This document shows positions 1 to 7,760 of a DNA stretch of 37,571 nucleotides, one piece after another. A program made the translations under genes and the position numbers. The first letter of the stretch is position 1; each line of letters starts with the position of its first letter. The notes under the pieces were generated by a model. It made no database searches. It was not told the DNA's origin and worked only from the letters and a program-made list of their open reading frames with translations. The stretch is from Planctomycetota bacterium (lineage in GTDB: Bacteria; Planctomycetota; PLA2; JAEUHO01), in the NCBI GenBank assembly GCA_027625315.1, contig JAQBWE010000002.1, positions 1 to 37,571 of the forward strand. The letters run 5' to 3'.

Positions 1-311
1 CCGACGACGACCCGTCGCACACCGGCCTCAACCAGGGCCTCCGCGCAGGGCGGCGTCTTGCCTGCGTGGCCACACGGGGCGAGGGACACGTACGCCGTCG
101 CGCCCGCCGCCCGCTCTCCGGCGGCGCGCAGCGCGACGACCTCCGCGTGCGGCCCCCCCCACGGCGCCGTCCAACCCTCGCCGACGGCCCCGTCCGCACC
201 ACGCACGAGCACGCACCCCACGGGCGGATTCGGCTCCACGTCGAAGTGGGCCTTGCGCGCCAGCGCCAGCGCGCGCTTCAGCAGGGCGGCATCGGGCTCC
301 GTGATGGCCAT
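1..311 (-). CDS. ribD: Riboflavin biosynthesis protein RibD, N-terminal pyrimidine deaminase domain (gene runs off the left edge)
   Basis: Absent from the ORF track because it has no stop inside the window. Manual reverse translation from ATG at 311-309 gives MAITEPDAALLKRALALARKAHFDVEPNPPVGCVLVRGADGAVGEGWTAPWGGPHAEVVALRAAGERAAGATAYVSLAPCGHAGKTPPCAEALVEAGVRRVVV. It carries NPxVGC, HAE and PCxHxGxTPPC zinc-deaminase motifs typical of RibD. Confidence 0.7.
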   Translation of the reverse strand, partial: MAITEPDAALLKRALALARKAHFDVEPNPPVGCVLVRGADGAVGEGWTAPWGGPHAEVVALRAAGERAAGATAYVSLAPCGHAGKTPPCAEALVEAGVRRVVV

Positions 312-333
312 AGGCGCATCGTAGACTGCCGAC

Positions 334-1590
334 ATGTGGCGCCTCCACCTCCTGTTGACGGTCGGCCTGCTCTTCGGGGCCGGACCCCGCGCCCACGCCG
401 GCGAGGACGCGGTGCCGACGGGCAAGGACCTCACGGTCCTCGTGGAGGGCTATCTGGACGCGGAGCCCGCGGCCCGGGCCGTGATCCGTCGGGACCTCGA
501 CGCTCGTCTAGCGCCCCTGGATCCCAAGGCGCTGCCGAAGTTGCGCAAGGAGCTGCTGCGCATTGCCCTGCGCCACGGTCCGCGACTCGAGAAGAAGGGC
601 AGTTCCTGGTTCTTCGAGCAGGGCCGCGGGAAGTACATCGTCTCGGGGTCACCAACGAAGGCCTTGTTCCTGGGCTTGCACGGGGGCGGCGAGGGCTCAG
701 GCAGCGCCGAGAGCGCGGCCAGTGCGCAGAGCGGTGGCGGGTTCGGTTGGATCTACCCCGAGGTACTTGAGAAGACCGCGCGCGGCTGGACGGACTCCGG
801 CACTGAGGAATTCGTCGTTGAGTTGATCCAGGCCGCGAAGCGAACCTGGAAGATCGATCCGAATCGCATCTTCTTGACCGGCCACTCCATGGGCGGCTAC
901 GGGACGTGGACGATCGGTGCGCATCACGCCGACATGTTCGCGGGTCTCGCGCCCTACGCCGGCGCACCGAGCTGCGTGACGATGCTTGGCCAGGACAAAC
1001 CATCCATGGTGGAGCCCGGTGTGCTTCCCAACCTGCACGGGATGCCCCTGCACGTGTTCCAGAGTGGCGATGACAAGAACGTGCCGCCGGCCAGCAACGA
1101 CCTGGCGAACGAGCTGCTGATCGAACTGAAGCAGCAGCATCCGACGGGTTTCCCCTACCGCTACGACCGCGTCGAGGGCCGCGGCCACGCGGCACCGACT
1201 GAGGGCTACCACCCGTCGCTCAAGTGGCTCGCTGCGCACGATCGCAATCCGCGGCCGGCGAAGTTCCTCTGGCAACCCGTGCTGTCGTGGAAGCGGCAGT
1301 TCTATTGGGTGCACTGGTCGCGCGCGGAGAAGGAGACAGTCCTCCAGGTCGAAGCGAAGGACGGTAACCGGATCGAGATCACCGCGCTGACGGGAAGCGG
1401 CGAGCTCGACGGCCTCGCCGTGCTACTCGGCGCGCCGCTCGTGGACCTCGAGCAGCCGATCACACTCGTCGTCGGCGGCGTCGCCCGCGAGCCCGTACGC
1501 GTGCCGCACACCTTCTCGACCCTGCTTCTGACGCTTCCCCGACTCGACGAGCATCTGCTTTTCGACGCCCGCATCGATCTCACGCCCTAG
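334..1590 (+). CDS. Secreted alpha/beta-hydrolase (esterase / PHB-depolymerase-like serine hydrolase) with an extra C-terminal domain
   Basis: 418-aa ORF. The N-terminal signal-like peptide is MWRLHLLLTVGLLFGAGPRAHAGE. LGLHGGGEG looks like an oxyanion region. The nucleophile elbow is GHSMGG, with later SGDDKNVP (Asp) and GRGHAAP (His) candidates for the catalytic triad. Confidence 0.75.
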   Translation: MWRLHLLLTVGLLFGAGPRAHAGEDAVPTGKDLTVLVEGYLDAEPAARAVIRRDLDARLAPLDPKALPKLRKELLRIALRHGPRLEKKGSSWFFEQGRGKYIVSGSPTKALFLGLHGGGEGSGSAESAASAQSGGGFGWIYPEVLEKTARGWTDSGTEEFVVELIQAAKRTWKIDPNRIFLTGHSMGGYGTWTIGAHHADMFAGLAPYAGAPSCVTMLGQDKPSMVEPGVLPNLHGMPLHVFQSGDDKNVPPASNDLANELLIELKQQHPTGFPYRYDRVEGRGHAAPTEGYHPSLKWLAAHDRNPRPAKFLWQPVLSWKRQFYWVHWSRAEKETVLQVEAKDGNRIEITALTGSGELDGLAVLLGAPLVDLEQPITLVVGGVAREPVRVPHTFSTLLLTLPRLDEHLLFDARIDLTP

Positions 1591-1713
1591 GACGCTCCAC
1601 CCGGAACAGCGCCTCAGCGGCACGCCAGGGCCATTAATCGGCCGTACGGCGGCAATGGCTCATGGCCCTCGACAAGGTGTCCACGGCGGCGCTACGCTGG
1701 AGCCGGGGTCACG

Positions 1714-1932
1714 ATGACCAAGGATGAAGCCCTAAAGGCCGCCCGCCTAACTGCTGAGTGGGAGGGCTGGCGCTGGTACGAGCCGGTACAAGTCACCCGC
1801 AAGAAGCCTTTGTTCTCTCGCACAGCCCAGTGGCAAGTGCGCGCCGGGGTTCGCGATCGCCGCTGCGATTTCGAGATCCTGATCGACGACGCAACCGGCA
1901 AGGTGACGGAGAAGCACGACTTCAGGCGCTGA
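1714..1932 (+). CDS. Small hypothetical protein (72 aa)
   Basis: ATG is preceded by GGAG 11 nt upstream. The composition is not the Arg/Pro/Ala junk seen in spurious frames (MTKDEALKAARLTAEWEGWRWYEPVQV...ILIDDATGKVTEKHDF). Its 3' end overlaps the convergent miaB 3' end by 11 nt. I recognise no family. Confidence 0.35.
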   Translation: MTKDEALKAARLTAEWEGWRWYEPVQVTRKKPLFSRTAQWQVRAGVRDRRCDFEILIDDATGKVTEKHDFRR

Positions 1933-3346
1933 CGGTTTCGGCTCCGCAAGCAGAAGCCGCCCCGCCGCCGTAGCCGCGGTACGACCACGAACCAACCTCG
2001 GACTCGAGCGCCACGCGCTTCCCGATCAACGAGTGCGCGGCGACGTCAGTGATCTCGACGATTGCCATGCGTCCGGCCATTGCCGCGTCGCCTTCGCAGT
2101 GCACCAGGCGGTTGTTCATGTCACGACCCGTGACCCGGCGATCATCGCTCTTGCTGATGCCTTCGATCAGGATCTCGAGGCGACGCCCAACGAGGCCGCG
2201 ATTGCGGGTCAGCGCCGCCTCGTCCTGCACAGCCAGGAGCTCGACGTTGCGACTCTTCTTCACGTCCTCCGGCACGTCGTCGGGCATGCGTCGCGCGGAG
2301 ATCGTCATCGGCCGCAGGCTGTACTTGAACACGTACGTCTGCATGAACCCGATCTCGCGCACGAGCGCCTTCGTACCCTCAAACTCCTCCTCGGTCTCGC
2401 CTGAGAACCCGACAATGAAGTCCGAAGTGATCTCGACGCCGGGGATGTGCTTCCGAGCCCAGCCGACGACGGTGCGGTACTCGTCAACGGTGTACGTGCG
2501 CTGCATCCGGGCGAGCAGCGCGTCGTTCCCGGCCTGTGCGGGGATGTGAAGCCAGGGCATCACCTTCGGGATCGACCCGAAGCGCCGCATCATGTCCTCG
2601 GTCATGTCGAAGGGATTGCTGGTGAGGAACCGAATCCGGTCTAGGCCCTCGATGCCAGAGGCTGCCTCCAGCAGATCGCAGATGGCCCCCGTATGCAGTC
2701 GCTGCGGATGCAGGTCCTGCCCGTAGGTGTTGATGTTCTGCCCGAGGAAGGTCACCTCGCGCACACCGTCGGCGACGAGTCGCTCCACTTCCGCCCACAC
2801 CTCAGCCTGCGGTCGGCTGACCTCACCGCCCCGGGTGTGCGGCACGATGCAGTAGCTGCAGGAATGGTTGCATCCGCGCACGATCGTCACGAAGGCGCGG
2901 AACGCATCGGGCCGCGCGGCGACGTTGCGATCGGCGTCAGGCAGGAACTCCGGGTCGGGCCGCTTGGCCACCCGCACCACGCGACCGCCGCCGCTCTCGA
3001 TGTCCTCGAGATCCTGGACGGCCGAACGGAAGTTGGACGTGCCCAGCACCAGATCGACGTGCGGCGCGCGACGAATGAGTTCCTCCTTGACCCGCTGGGC
3101 CATGCAGCCCATGACGCCGATCTTGAGCGCGGGCCGCTCTTGCTTGATGAGTCGGGCGCGGCCCAGGAGGCTCCAGACCTTCTCTTCGGCGAGCTCGCGA
3201 ATCGAACACGTGTTGATGAGCACGATGTCGGCGAGTCGCATGTCATCCGTCTGCTGGTAGCCCGTGCGCTTGAAGTCGCCCAAGACGAGCTCCGAGTCGA
3301 GCACGTTCATCTGGCAGCCGAAGCTGGTGAAGTAGACGCGCTTCAC
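1922..3346 (-). CDS. miaB: tRNA-2-methylthio-N6-dimethylallyladenosine synthase MiaB (radical SAM methylthiotransferase)
   Basis: GTG start. The UPF0004 N-domain reads FGCQMNVLDSE...INTCSIRE...GCMAQ. The radical-SAM motif is GCNHSCSYCIVPHTRGGE. FIVGFSGETEEEF and a C-terminal TRAM-like region follow. The start overlaps the upstream stop as GTGA. Confidence 0.9.
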   Translation of the reverse strand: MKRVYFTSFGCQMNVLDSELVLGDFKRTGYQQTDDMRLADIVLINTCSIRELAEEKVWSLLGRARLIKQERPALKIGVMGCMAQRVKEELIRRAPHVDLVLGTSNFRSAVQDLEDIESGGGRVVRVAKRPDPEFLPDADRNVAARPDAFRAFVTIVRGCNHSCSYCIVPHTRGGEVSRPQAEVWAEVERLVADGVREVTFLGQNINTYGQDLHPQRLHTGAICDLLEAASGIEGLDRIRFLTSNPFDMTEDMMRRFGSIPKVMPWLHIPAQAGNDALLARMQRTYTVDEYRTVVGWARKHIPGVEITSDFIVGFSGETEEEFEGTKALVREIGFMQTYVFKYSLRPMTISARRMPDDVPEDVKKSRNVELLAVQDEAALTRNRGLVGRRLEILIEGISKSDDRRVTGRDMNNRLVHCEGDAAMAGRMAIVEITDVAAHSLIGKRVALESEVGSWSYRGYGGGAASACGAETVSA

Positions 3347-4197
3347 GGTGTCGCCCCGCTGCGCCCCTCGGCCATGCTTGCCTGTGCCATGCGTGCCTGT
3401 GCCATGCGTGCAATCTCGGCGAGACCCGCTTCGGCGTCTGCGCGCGCCCGCTGGACTGCAGGTCGTTCGCGCTCCTCAGCATCGCTGGCTTCGTGTGCGT
3501 CCAGCGCATCCTGGAAGGCCGTACCCGCATGCGCGAAGAAGCCCGACTCCACGAACGAGCGCGCCGCGGTCACAAAGCCCTCAACGGCCAGCCCCTCGGG
3601 ATACATGCGCGCGTAGAACGCCTCGCGGCCCTGGCCATAGGCCGCCTGCGCGAGGCGATCCCCAAACAGGTAGATGGAGCGGATGACCACGCGCTCCTGA
3701 CTCCAGCGCGGCAACAGTTCGTCCAAGCGCCGCATCGAGGCGCGGAAGAACCGCATGACGCGGTTGAGGCGCAGCGGGTAGTACCCACTGACCTCATCAA
3801 ACAAGGCCCGGTAGCGTCGCGGATCGTGGAGCCGAACGAAGCGCCCAACCGAACGGTGCTCCTCCGAGAGGATCGAGATCTCGTGGAAGATGTGGCCGCA
3901 GTAGGCGTCCATCAGGCCCTCGTCGCCGGCCTCACCGAACAGATCGCCCGCCAATGCCCGCAGGGGCAACAGCCGATCGTCGCGCAGTCGCTCAAGTCGG
4001 CCGAGATGGAACAACTTCCACAGCGCGGCCGGAGGCAGCTGTAGCTCAGTACGCGGCACGCCTCGTTCTCGGGCTCCGCTGAGCACACGGCGCTCGTAGC
4101 GCCGGTAAATCGACAGGAACAACCGACGAGCCGCGATGAACGTCGCGAGGAAATCCCAGATCAGCGCGCCGCGCTTGGTGATCCGGCCGCCGGGCAT
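3343..4197 (-). CDS. Hypothetical protein, 284 aa, Arg-rich and probably helical; unrecognised family
   Basis: ATG at 4197 lies 6 nt after the rplQ stop, with GAGGAG inside the rplQ 3' end as a Shine-Dalgarno sequence. Its stop overlaps the miaB GTG start (GTGA). Amino-acid usage is coding-like. The C-terminus carries an in-frame ARMAQ pentapeptide repeat. Confidence 0.6.
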   Translation of the reverse strand: MPGGRITKRGALIWDFLATFIAARRLFLSIYRRYERRVLSGARERGVPRTELQLPPAALWKLFHLGRLERLRDDRLLPLRALAGDLFGEAGDEGLMDAYCGHIFHEISILSEEHRSVGRFVRLHDPRRYRALFDEVSGYYPLRLNRVMRFFRASMRRLDELLPRWSQERVVIRSIYLFGDRLAQAAYGQGREAFYARMYPEGLAVEGFVTAARSFVESGFFAHAGTAFQDALDAHEASDAEERERPAVQRARADAEAGLAEIARMAQARMAQASMAEGRSGATP

Positions 4198-4203
4198 GCC
4201 GCG

Positions 4204-4638
4204 CTACTCCTCTGTCGAAACGTCGTCACCCTCCGCCGCACGATCGACGAACTCGAAGATCGCGCGCGGGGCGTTGTCGCCCAGCCGGTTCTTCGCGTCG
4301 CGAAGGATGCGCGTGTAACCGCCGGGGCGGTCCTTGCACATCGTGCCCACGGTGTCGACGAGGAAGGAGAGGAGTTTGCGATCAGGGACCTCGCGTGCGA
4401 GCAGGCGAACCTGATGCACGAACGCCTGCTGGTCGGCCTTCGAGCCGGAGGTCTTCAAGACCGCGGCCCTCTTGGCGCGTGTGACCATCTTCTCGACGTA
4501 GGGGCGCAGAGCCTTCGCCTTCGCATGGGTGGTCACCACACGTCCGTTGATGAGCAGGGCACGCAGCATGTTCTTGCGCAAGGCGCTACGGTGCTGCGTG
4601 TCTCGGTTCAGCTTTCGGCCAGCGAGGCGGTGTCTCAT
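4204..4638 (-). CDS. rplQ: 50S ribosomal protein L17 (bL17)
   Basis: MRHRLAGRKLNRDTQHRSALRKNM is the canonical bL17 N-terminus. I chose the start at 4638 (GGAG 6 nt upstream) rather than the ORF-track GTG at 4659. Confidence 0.93.
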   Translation of the reverse strand: MRHRLAGRKLNRDTQHRSALRKNMLRALLINGRVVTTHAKAKALRPYVEKMVTRAKRAAVLKTSGSKADQQAFVHQVRLLAREVPDRKLLSFLVDTVGTMCKDRPGGYTRILRDAKNRLGDNAPRAIFEFVDRAAEGDDVSTEE

Positions 4639-4687
4639 AACTCGCTCCATACGCCCCACGCGGGGGCGTCAAGGTCCAGACAAAGGG

Positions 4688-5770
4688 CTACTCGTCGTCC
4701 GAGTCCATGCCGAGGGAAAGGCCCATCTCGTCGAGCTTGCGGGTGATCTCCTTCAAGGAGGTGCGCCCGAAGTTCTTGAGGTTCATCAGCTCGTCGTGAG
4801 AGAGGGAGACGAGATCCCCGATGGTCTGCAGGCCCTCGGCCTCGAGGCAGTTGCTCGCGCGGACCGAAAGATCCATGTGGGCAATCGGCAGCTCCAACTT
4901 CCGGTTGGCATCGTCGCCGTCGACCGATCCCATCACAGGCGCCCGACGCGGGGCCACTGCCGGGATGGTCATCGGCGAGGTCGCGGGCGACCCACCGAAC
5001 GAAGCGCTGGAGAAGCTCGGCATCGCCGGCTGACTCGCGGAGTCGAACAGCAGCTCCTTGCCCACATCGAAGAACTGGATGAAGGGGTTGAGGTGCTTCC
5101 GGTAGATCTTGCTCGCCTCGACGAGCGCAATCTCCGGCGTGATCGTGCCGTCCGTCCAGAGCTCCATGATCAGGCGATCGTAGTTCGTCAGCTTGCCGAC
5201 ACGGGTGTTCTCCGTGCGGTAGCGGACGCGCTGGATGGGCGAGAAGATCGAGTCGACCGGGATGACCCCGATCTCCTGCTCCTCGCGCGAGTTCTCCTCA
5301 GCCGTCACATAGCCACGGCCGCGGCGAACTTCGATCTCGGCATCGAAGGACTTCGTCTCATCCGTCACGGTGCAGATCAGGAGATCCTTGTTGATGATCT
5401 CGCAATCTGAGCCGGCCTGGATGTCGGCGCCCGTCACGGGCCCCCCACCGACCTTCTCGATGCGCAGGACCTTCGGATCGTCCGTGTGGAACTGAATCCG
5501 AAGGCGCTTGAGCGCGAGGATGATGTCGGTGACATCCTCCTTGACGCCCTCGATTGACGAAAACTCGTGCTTCACGCCCTGGATCTTGACAGACGTGACG
5601 GCCGTGCCCTCGATGGACGACAGCAGCACGCGCCGAAGACCGTTACCGACCGTGACGCCATAGCCCCGTTCGAAGGGCTCAGCCGTGAACTTGGCGTACC
5701 TGTCGGTACGCGTTGCCGAGTCGGCCACCACCTTGGTGGGGAGTTCCAGATCCCGCCAGCGGATCCTCAT
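4688..5770 (-). CDS. rpoA: DNA-directed RNA polymerase subunit alpha
   Basis: The NTD (GYGVTVGNGLRRVLLSSIEGTAVTSVKIQGVKHEFSSIEGVKEDV) and the CTD HhH region (LSVRASNCLEAEGLQTIGDLV...NFGRTSLKEI) are both present. I re-set the start to ATG 5770 (MRIRWRDLELP; GGAGGA 6 nt upstream), because the ORF-track start at 6028 overlaps rpsK. Confidence 0.93.
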   Translation of the reverse strand: MRIRWRDLELPTKVVADSATRTDRYAKFTAEPFERGYGVTVGNGLRRVLLSSIEGTAVTSVKIQGVKHEFSSIEGVKEDVTDIILALKRLRIQFHTDDPKVLRIEKVGGGPVTGADIQAGSDCEIINKDLLICTVTDETKSFDAEIEVRRGRGYVTAEENSREEQEIGVIPVDSIFSPIQRVRYRTENTRVGKLTNYDRLIMELWTDGTITPEIALVEASKIYRKHLNPFIQFFDVGKELLFDSASQPAMPSFSSASFGGSPATSPMTIPAVAPRRAPVMGSVDGDDANRKLELPIAHMDLSVRASNCLEAEGLQTIGDLVSLSHDELMNLKNFGRTSLKEITRKLDEMGLSLGMDSDDE

Positions 5771-5915
5771 GCGGTCCTCCATGCTATCCGTGAGTCCGAT
5801 GTCCAGGGGGCGAACGTATGCGCCCTTCGCACCGGAAGTGAAATGATTGAAAACCTGCCCTCGCGGGCCAAACCAAACCCACCCTCGCGGGCGGGACGAA
5901 CAACCAACAAGACGG

Positions 5916-6290
5916 CTAGACGCGTCGGCGCTTCCGCGGACGACAGCCGTTGTGCGGCAGCGGTGTGACGTCCTCAACCGCACGGATCTTGAGACCGCGC
6001 GACTGCAGGCTCCGCACCGCGGACTCACGTCCCGAGCCCGGCCCCTTGATGCGCACCTCGATCTCGCGGACGCCCATCTTCACGGCCTTCTCAGCGGCCC
6101 GCTCCGCAGCCTTCTGCGCTGCGAACGGCGTGGACTTGCGGCTCCCCTTGAACCCGATGGTTCCGGCTGAGTCCCAGCAGAGGGTCTCGCCATTCGGGGC
6201 GGCGAACGTGACGATCGTGTTGTTGAACGAGGCGTGGATGTGAACCACTGCCTTCGGCACATTCCGACGAATCTTTTTCTTGGCGGCCAT
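5916..6290 (-). CDS. rpsK: 30S ribosomal protein S11 (uS11)
   Basis: [14 protein letters not shown]...[14 protein letters not shown]...[13 protein letters not shown]...[12 protein letters not shown] are uS11 hallmarks. Confidence 0.95.
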   Translation of the reverse strand: MAAKKKIRRNVPKAVVHIHASFNNTIVTFAAPNGETLCWDSAGTIGFKGSRKSTPFAAQKAAERAAEKAVKMGVREIEVRIKGPGSGRESAVRSLQSRGLKIRAVEDVTPLPHNGCRPRKRRRV

Positions 6291-6444
6291 GGATCCTCCA
6301 ACGGATGTGCCCGTTTCTCAGGGGAGAACGGGCGAGGGTACCCCGTCTCGGGGCCCCTGCAACTTTCTGGCCGACCGGGAGAATTCCCCGCGACCCTGGC
6401 CTATCTACTGCCGACACAAGGACTTGGGGTCACCCCCCGGTCCC

Positions 6445-6828
6445 CTATCGGAGCTGCTTGACGCTCTTCTTGCCCGCCACGGTCTTCTTGGGTCCCTTTC
6501 GGGTCCTGGCGTTGGTCTGGGTCCGCTGCCCCCGGACGGGGAGACCCCGGCGGTGGCGCATGCCCCGGTAGCAGGCGATCTCCTTCAGGCGGGAGACGTT
6601 CTGCTGGAGCTGACGGCGCAGGTTGCCTTCCACGACGAAGCGGGCCTCGATCTCGTTGGCGAGACGGGCTAACTCTTCGTCGTTGAGGTCACGCGCACGG
6701 CGGGTCGGGTCGAGGCCGAGCCCCTCGCAGAGCGCGAGGGCAGCCTTCTTGCCAATGCCGTGGACGTACTGCAGGGCGACCCAGGTCACCTTGTTGTCCG
6801 GAATGTCTACGCCAACGATACGCGGCAT
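6445..6828 (-). CDS. rpsM: 30S ribosomal protein S13 (uS13)
   Basis: MPRIVGVDIPDNK...LQYVHGIGKK...CYRGMRHRRGLPVRGQRTQTNARTRKG. Confidence 0.95.
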   Translation of the reverse strand: MPRIVGVDIPDNKVTWVALQYVHGIGKKAALALCEGLGLDPTRRARDLNDEELARLANEIEARFVVEGNLRRQLQQNVSRLKEIACYRGMRHRRGLPVRGQRTQTNARTRKGPKKTVAGKKSVKQLR

Positions 6829-6843
6829 GGTTGCTCTCCTGAC

Positions 6844-6957
6844 CTAGCCCTGCACCTGTTTGTGGCGCGGGTTCTTGCAAATTACACGCACTCTGCCGTG
6901 CCGCCGGATGATCCGGCAGCCCTCGCACATGCGTTTCACACTGGACCTGACCTTCAT
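6844..6957 (-). CDS. rpmJ: 50S ribosomal protein L36 (bL36)
   Basis: Below the ORF-track size cutoff. Manual translation gives [37 protein letters not shown] (37 aa, CxxC...C...H). It sits in the conserved position between infA and rpsM. Confidence 0.9.
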   Translation of the reverse strand: MKVRSSVKRMCEGCRIIRRHGRVRVICKNPRHKQVQG

Positions 6958-6975
6958 GGTCCTACTCCCGGCTGG

Positions 6976-7191
6976 CTAGTCGCGGTAGACGATTCGCCCC
7001 TTCGTTAGATCGTAGGGGCTCATCTCGACGGTGACGTTGTCCCCCGGAAGAATACGGATCCAATGCATCCGCATCTTGCCGGAGATGTGAGCGAGGATTC
7101 GGTGACCGTTTTCGAGCTCCACCACGAACATTGCGTTCGGGCGAGCCTCGACCACCTTGGCCTCAAGACGCAGGTTGTCTTCGCGAGCCAT
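6976..7191 (-). CDS. infA: Translation initiation factor IF-1
   Basis: The S1-like fold sequence is [61 protein letters not shown]. The start overlaps the adk stop. Confidence 0.95.
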   Translation of the reverse strand: MAREDNLRLEAKVVEARPNAMFVVELENGHRILAHISGKMRMHWIRILPGDNVTVEMSPYDLTKGRIVYRD

Positions 7192-7754
7192 TACGAGCTC
7201 GCCCTTGCGCCGTTTGCCAAGAGCCCCTGGACTCGGTCGAAGACCTCGTCCATAGAACCCTCAGCGTCAACGGTCTGCAGCAGCCCCTTCGCCTCGTAGT
7301 GGGCGATCAACGGGGCAGTTTCCGCACGGAAGACCTTGAGCCGGTTTCGAATGACCGCCTCCGTGTCGTCCTTGCGTCCGCGGGCGAGCAGGCGCCGCAC
7401 GATATCCTCATCCTCGAGTTGCATGTTCACGACGCGCTCGATGCCTTCCGCGCCGAGGTCCTGGTCGAGCGCCTCCGCCTGGGCCACGTTGCGGGGGAAG
7501 CCGTCGAGCAGGAAACCGCCGTCGGCGTCCTGCTCGTTCAGCCGCTCCCGCACGAGCGCGAGGACGAGACTGTCCGGAACCAGGTTGCCCGCATCCATGT
7601 AGGCGCGCGCTTCGCGTCCGAGATCGCTCCCAGCTGAGACGGCCGCCCGCAGGAGGTCGCCAGTGGAGAGGTGCACCAGCCCGTGCGCGTCGCAGACGCG
7701 CGCAGCTTGGGTGCCCTTGCCAGCGCCGGGAGGACCGAGGAGGACGATGCGCAC
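7191..7754 (-). CDS. adk: Adenylate kinase (short-lid type)
   Basis: [17 protein letters not shown] is the P-loop. LSTGDLLR and DGFPRN motifs are present. At 187 aa there is no Cys4 lid. Confidence 0.95.
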   Translation of the reverse strand: MRIVLLGPPGAGKGTQAARVCDAHGLVHLSTGDLLRAAVSAGSDLGREARAYMDAGNLVPDSLVLALVRERLNEQDADGGFLLDGFPRNVAQAEALDQDLGAEGIERVVNMQLEDEDIVRRLLARGRKDDTEAVIRNRLKVFRAETAPLIAHYEAKGLLQTVDAEGSMDEVFDRVQGLLANGARASS

Positions 7755-7760
7755 GGGTGC

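Noticed and set aside
66-770. 234-aa plus-strand ORF, together with 28-396 (minus) and 58-324 (plus), spanning the ribD/hydrolase divergent junction.
   Set aside because: Their translations are Arg/Pro/Gly-rich nonsense. They overlap the motif-supported ribD N-terminus and the hydrolase signal peptide and core.
5771-6028. N-terminal extensions of ORF-track calls: rpoA to 6028, rpsC to 14661, rplV to 15073, rpsJ to 17629, fusA to 19873, rplL to 30314, nusG to 33162, secE to 33424, rplQ to 4659, rpmC to 13467 and rplA to 31723.
   Set aside because: The extensions overlap the upstream gene or a tRNA, are junk-like in composition, and lack SD sequences. Internal ATG/GTG codons give canonical N-termini preceded by GGAG-type SD sequences placed just after the upstream stop.
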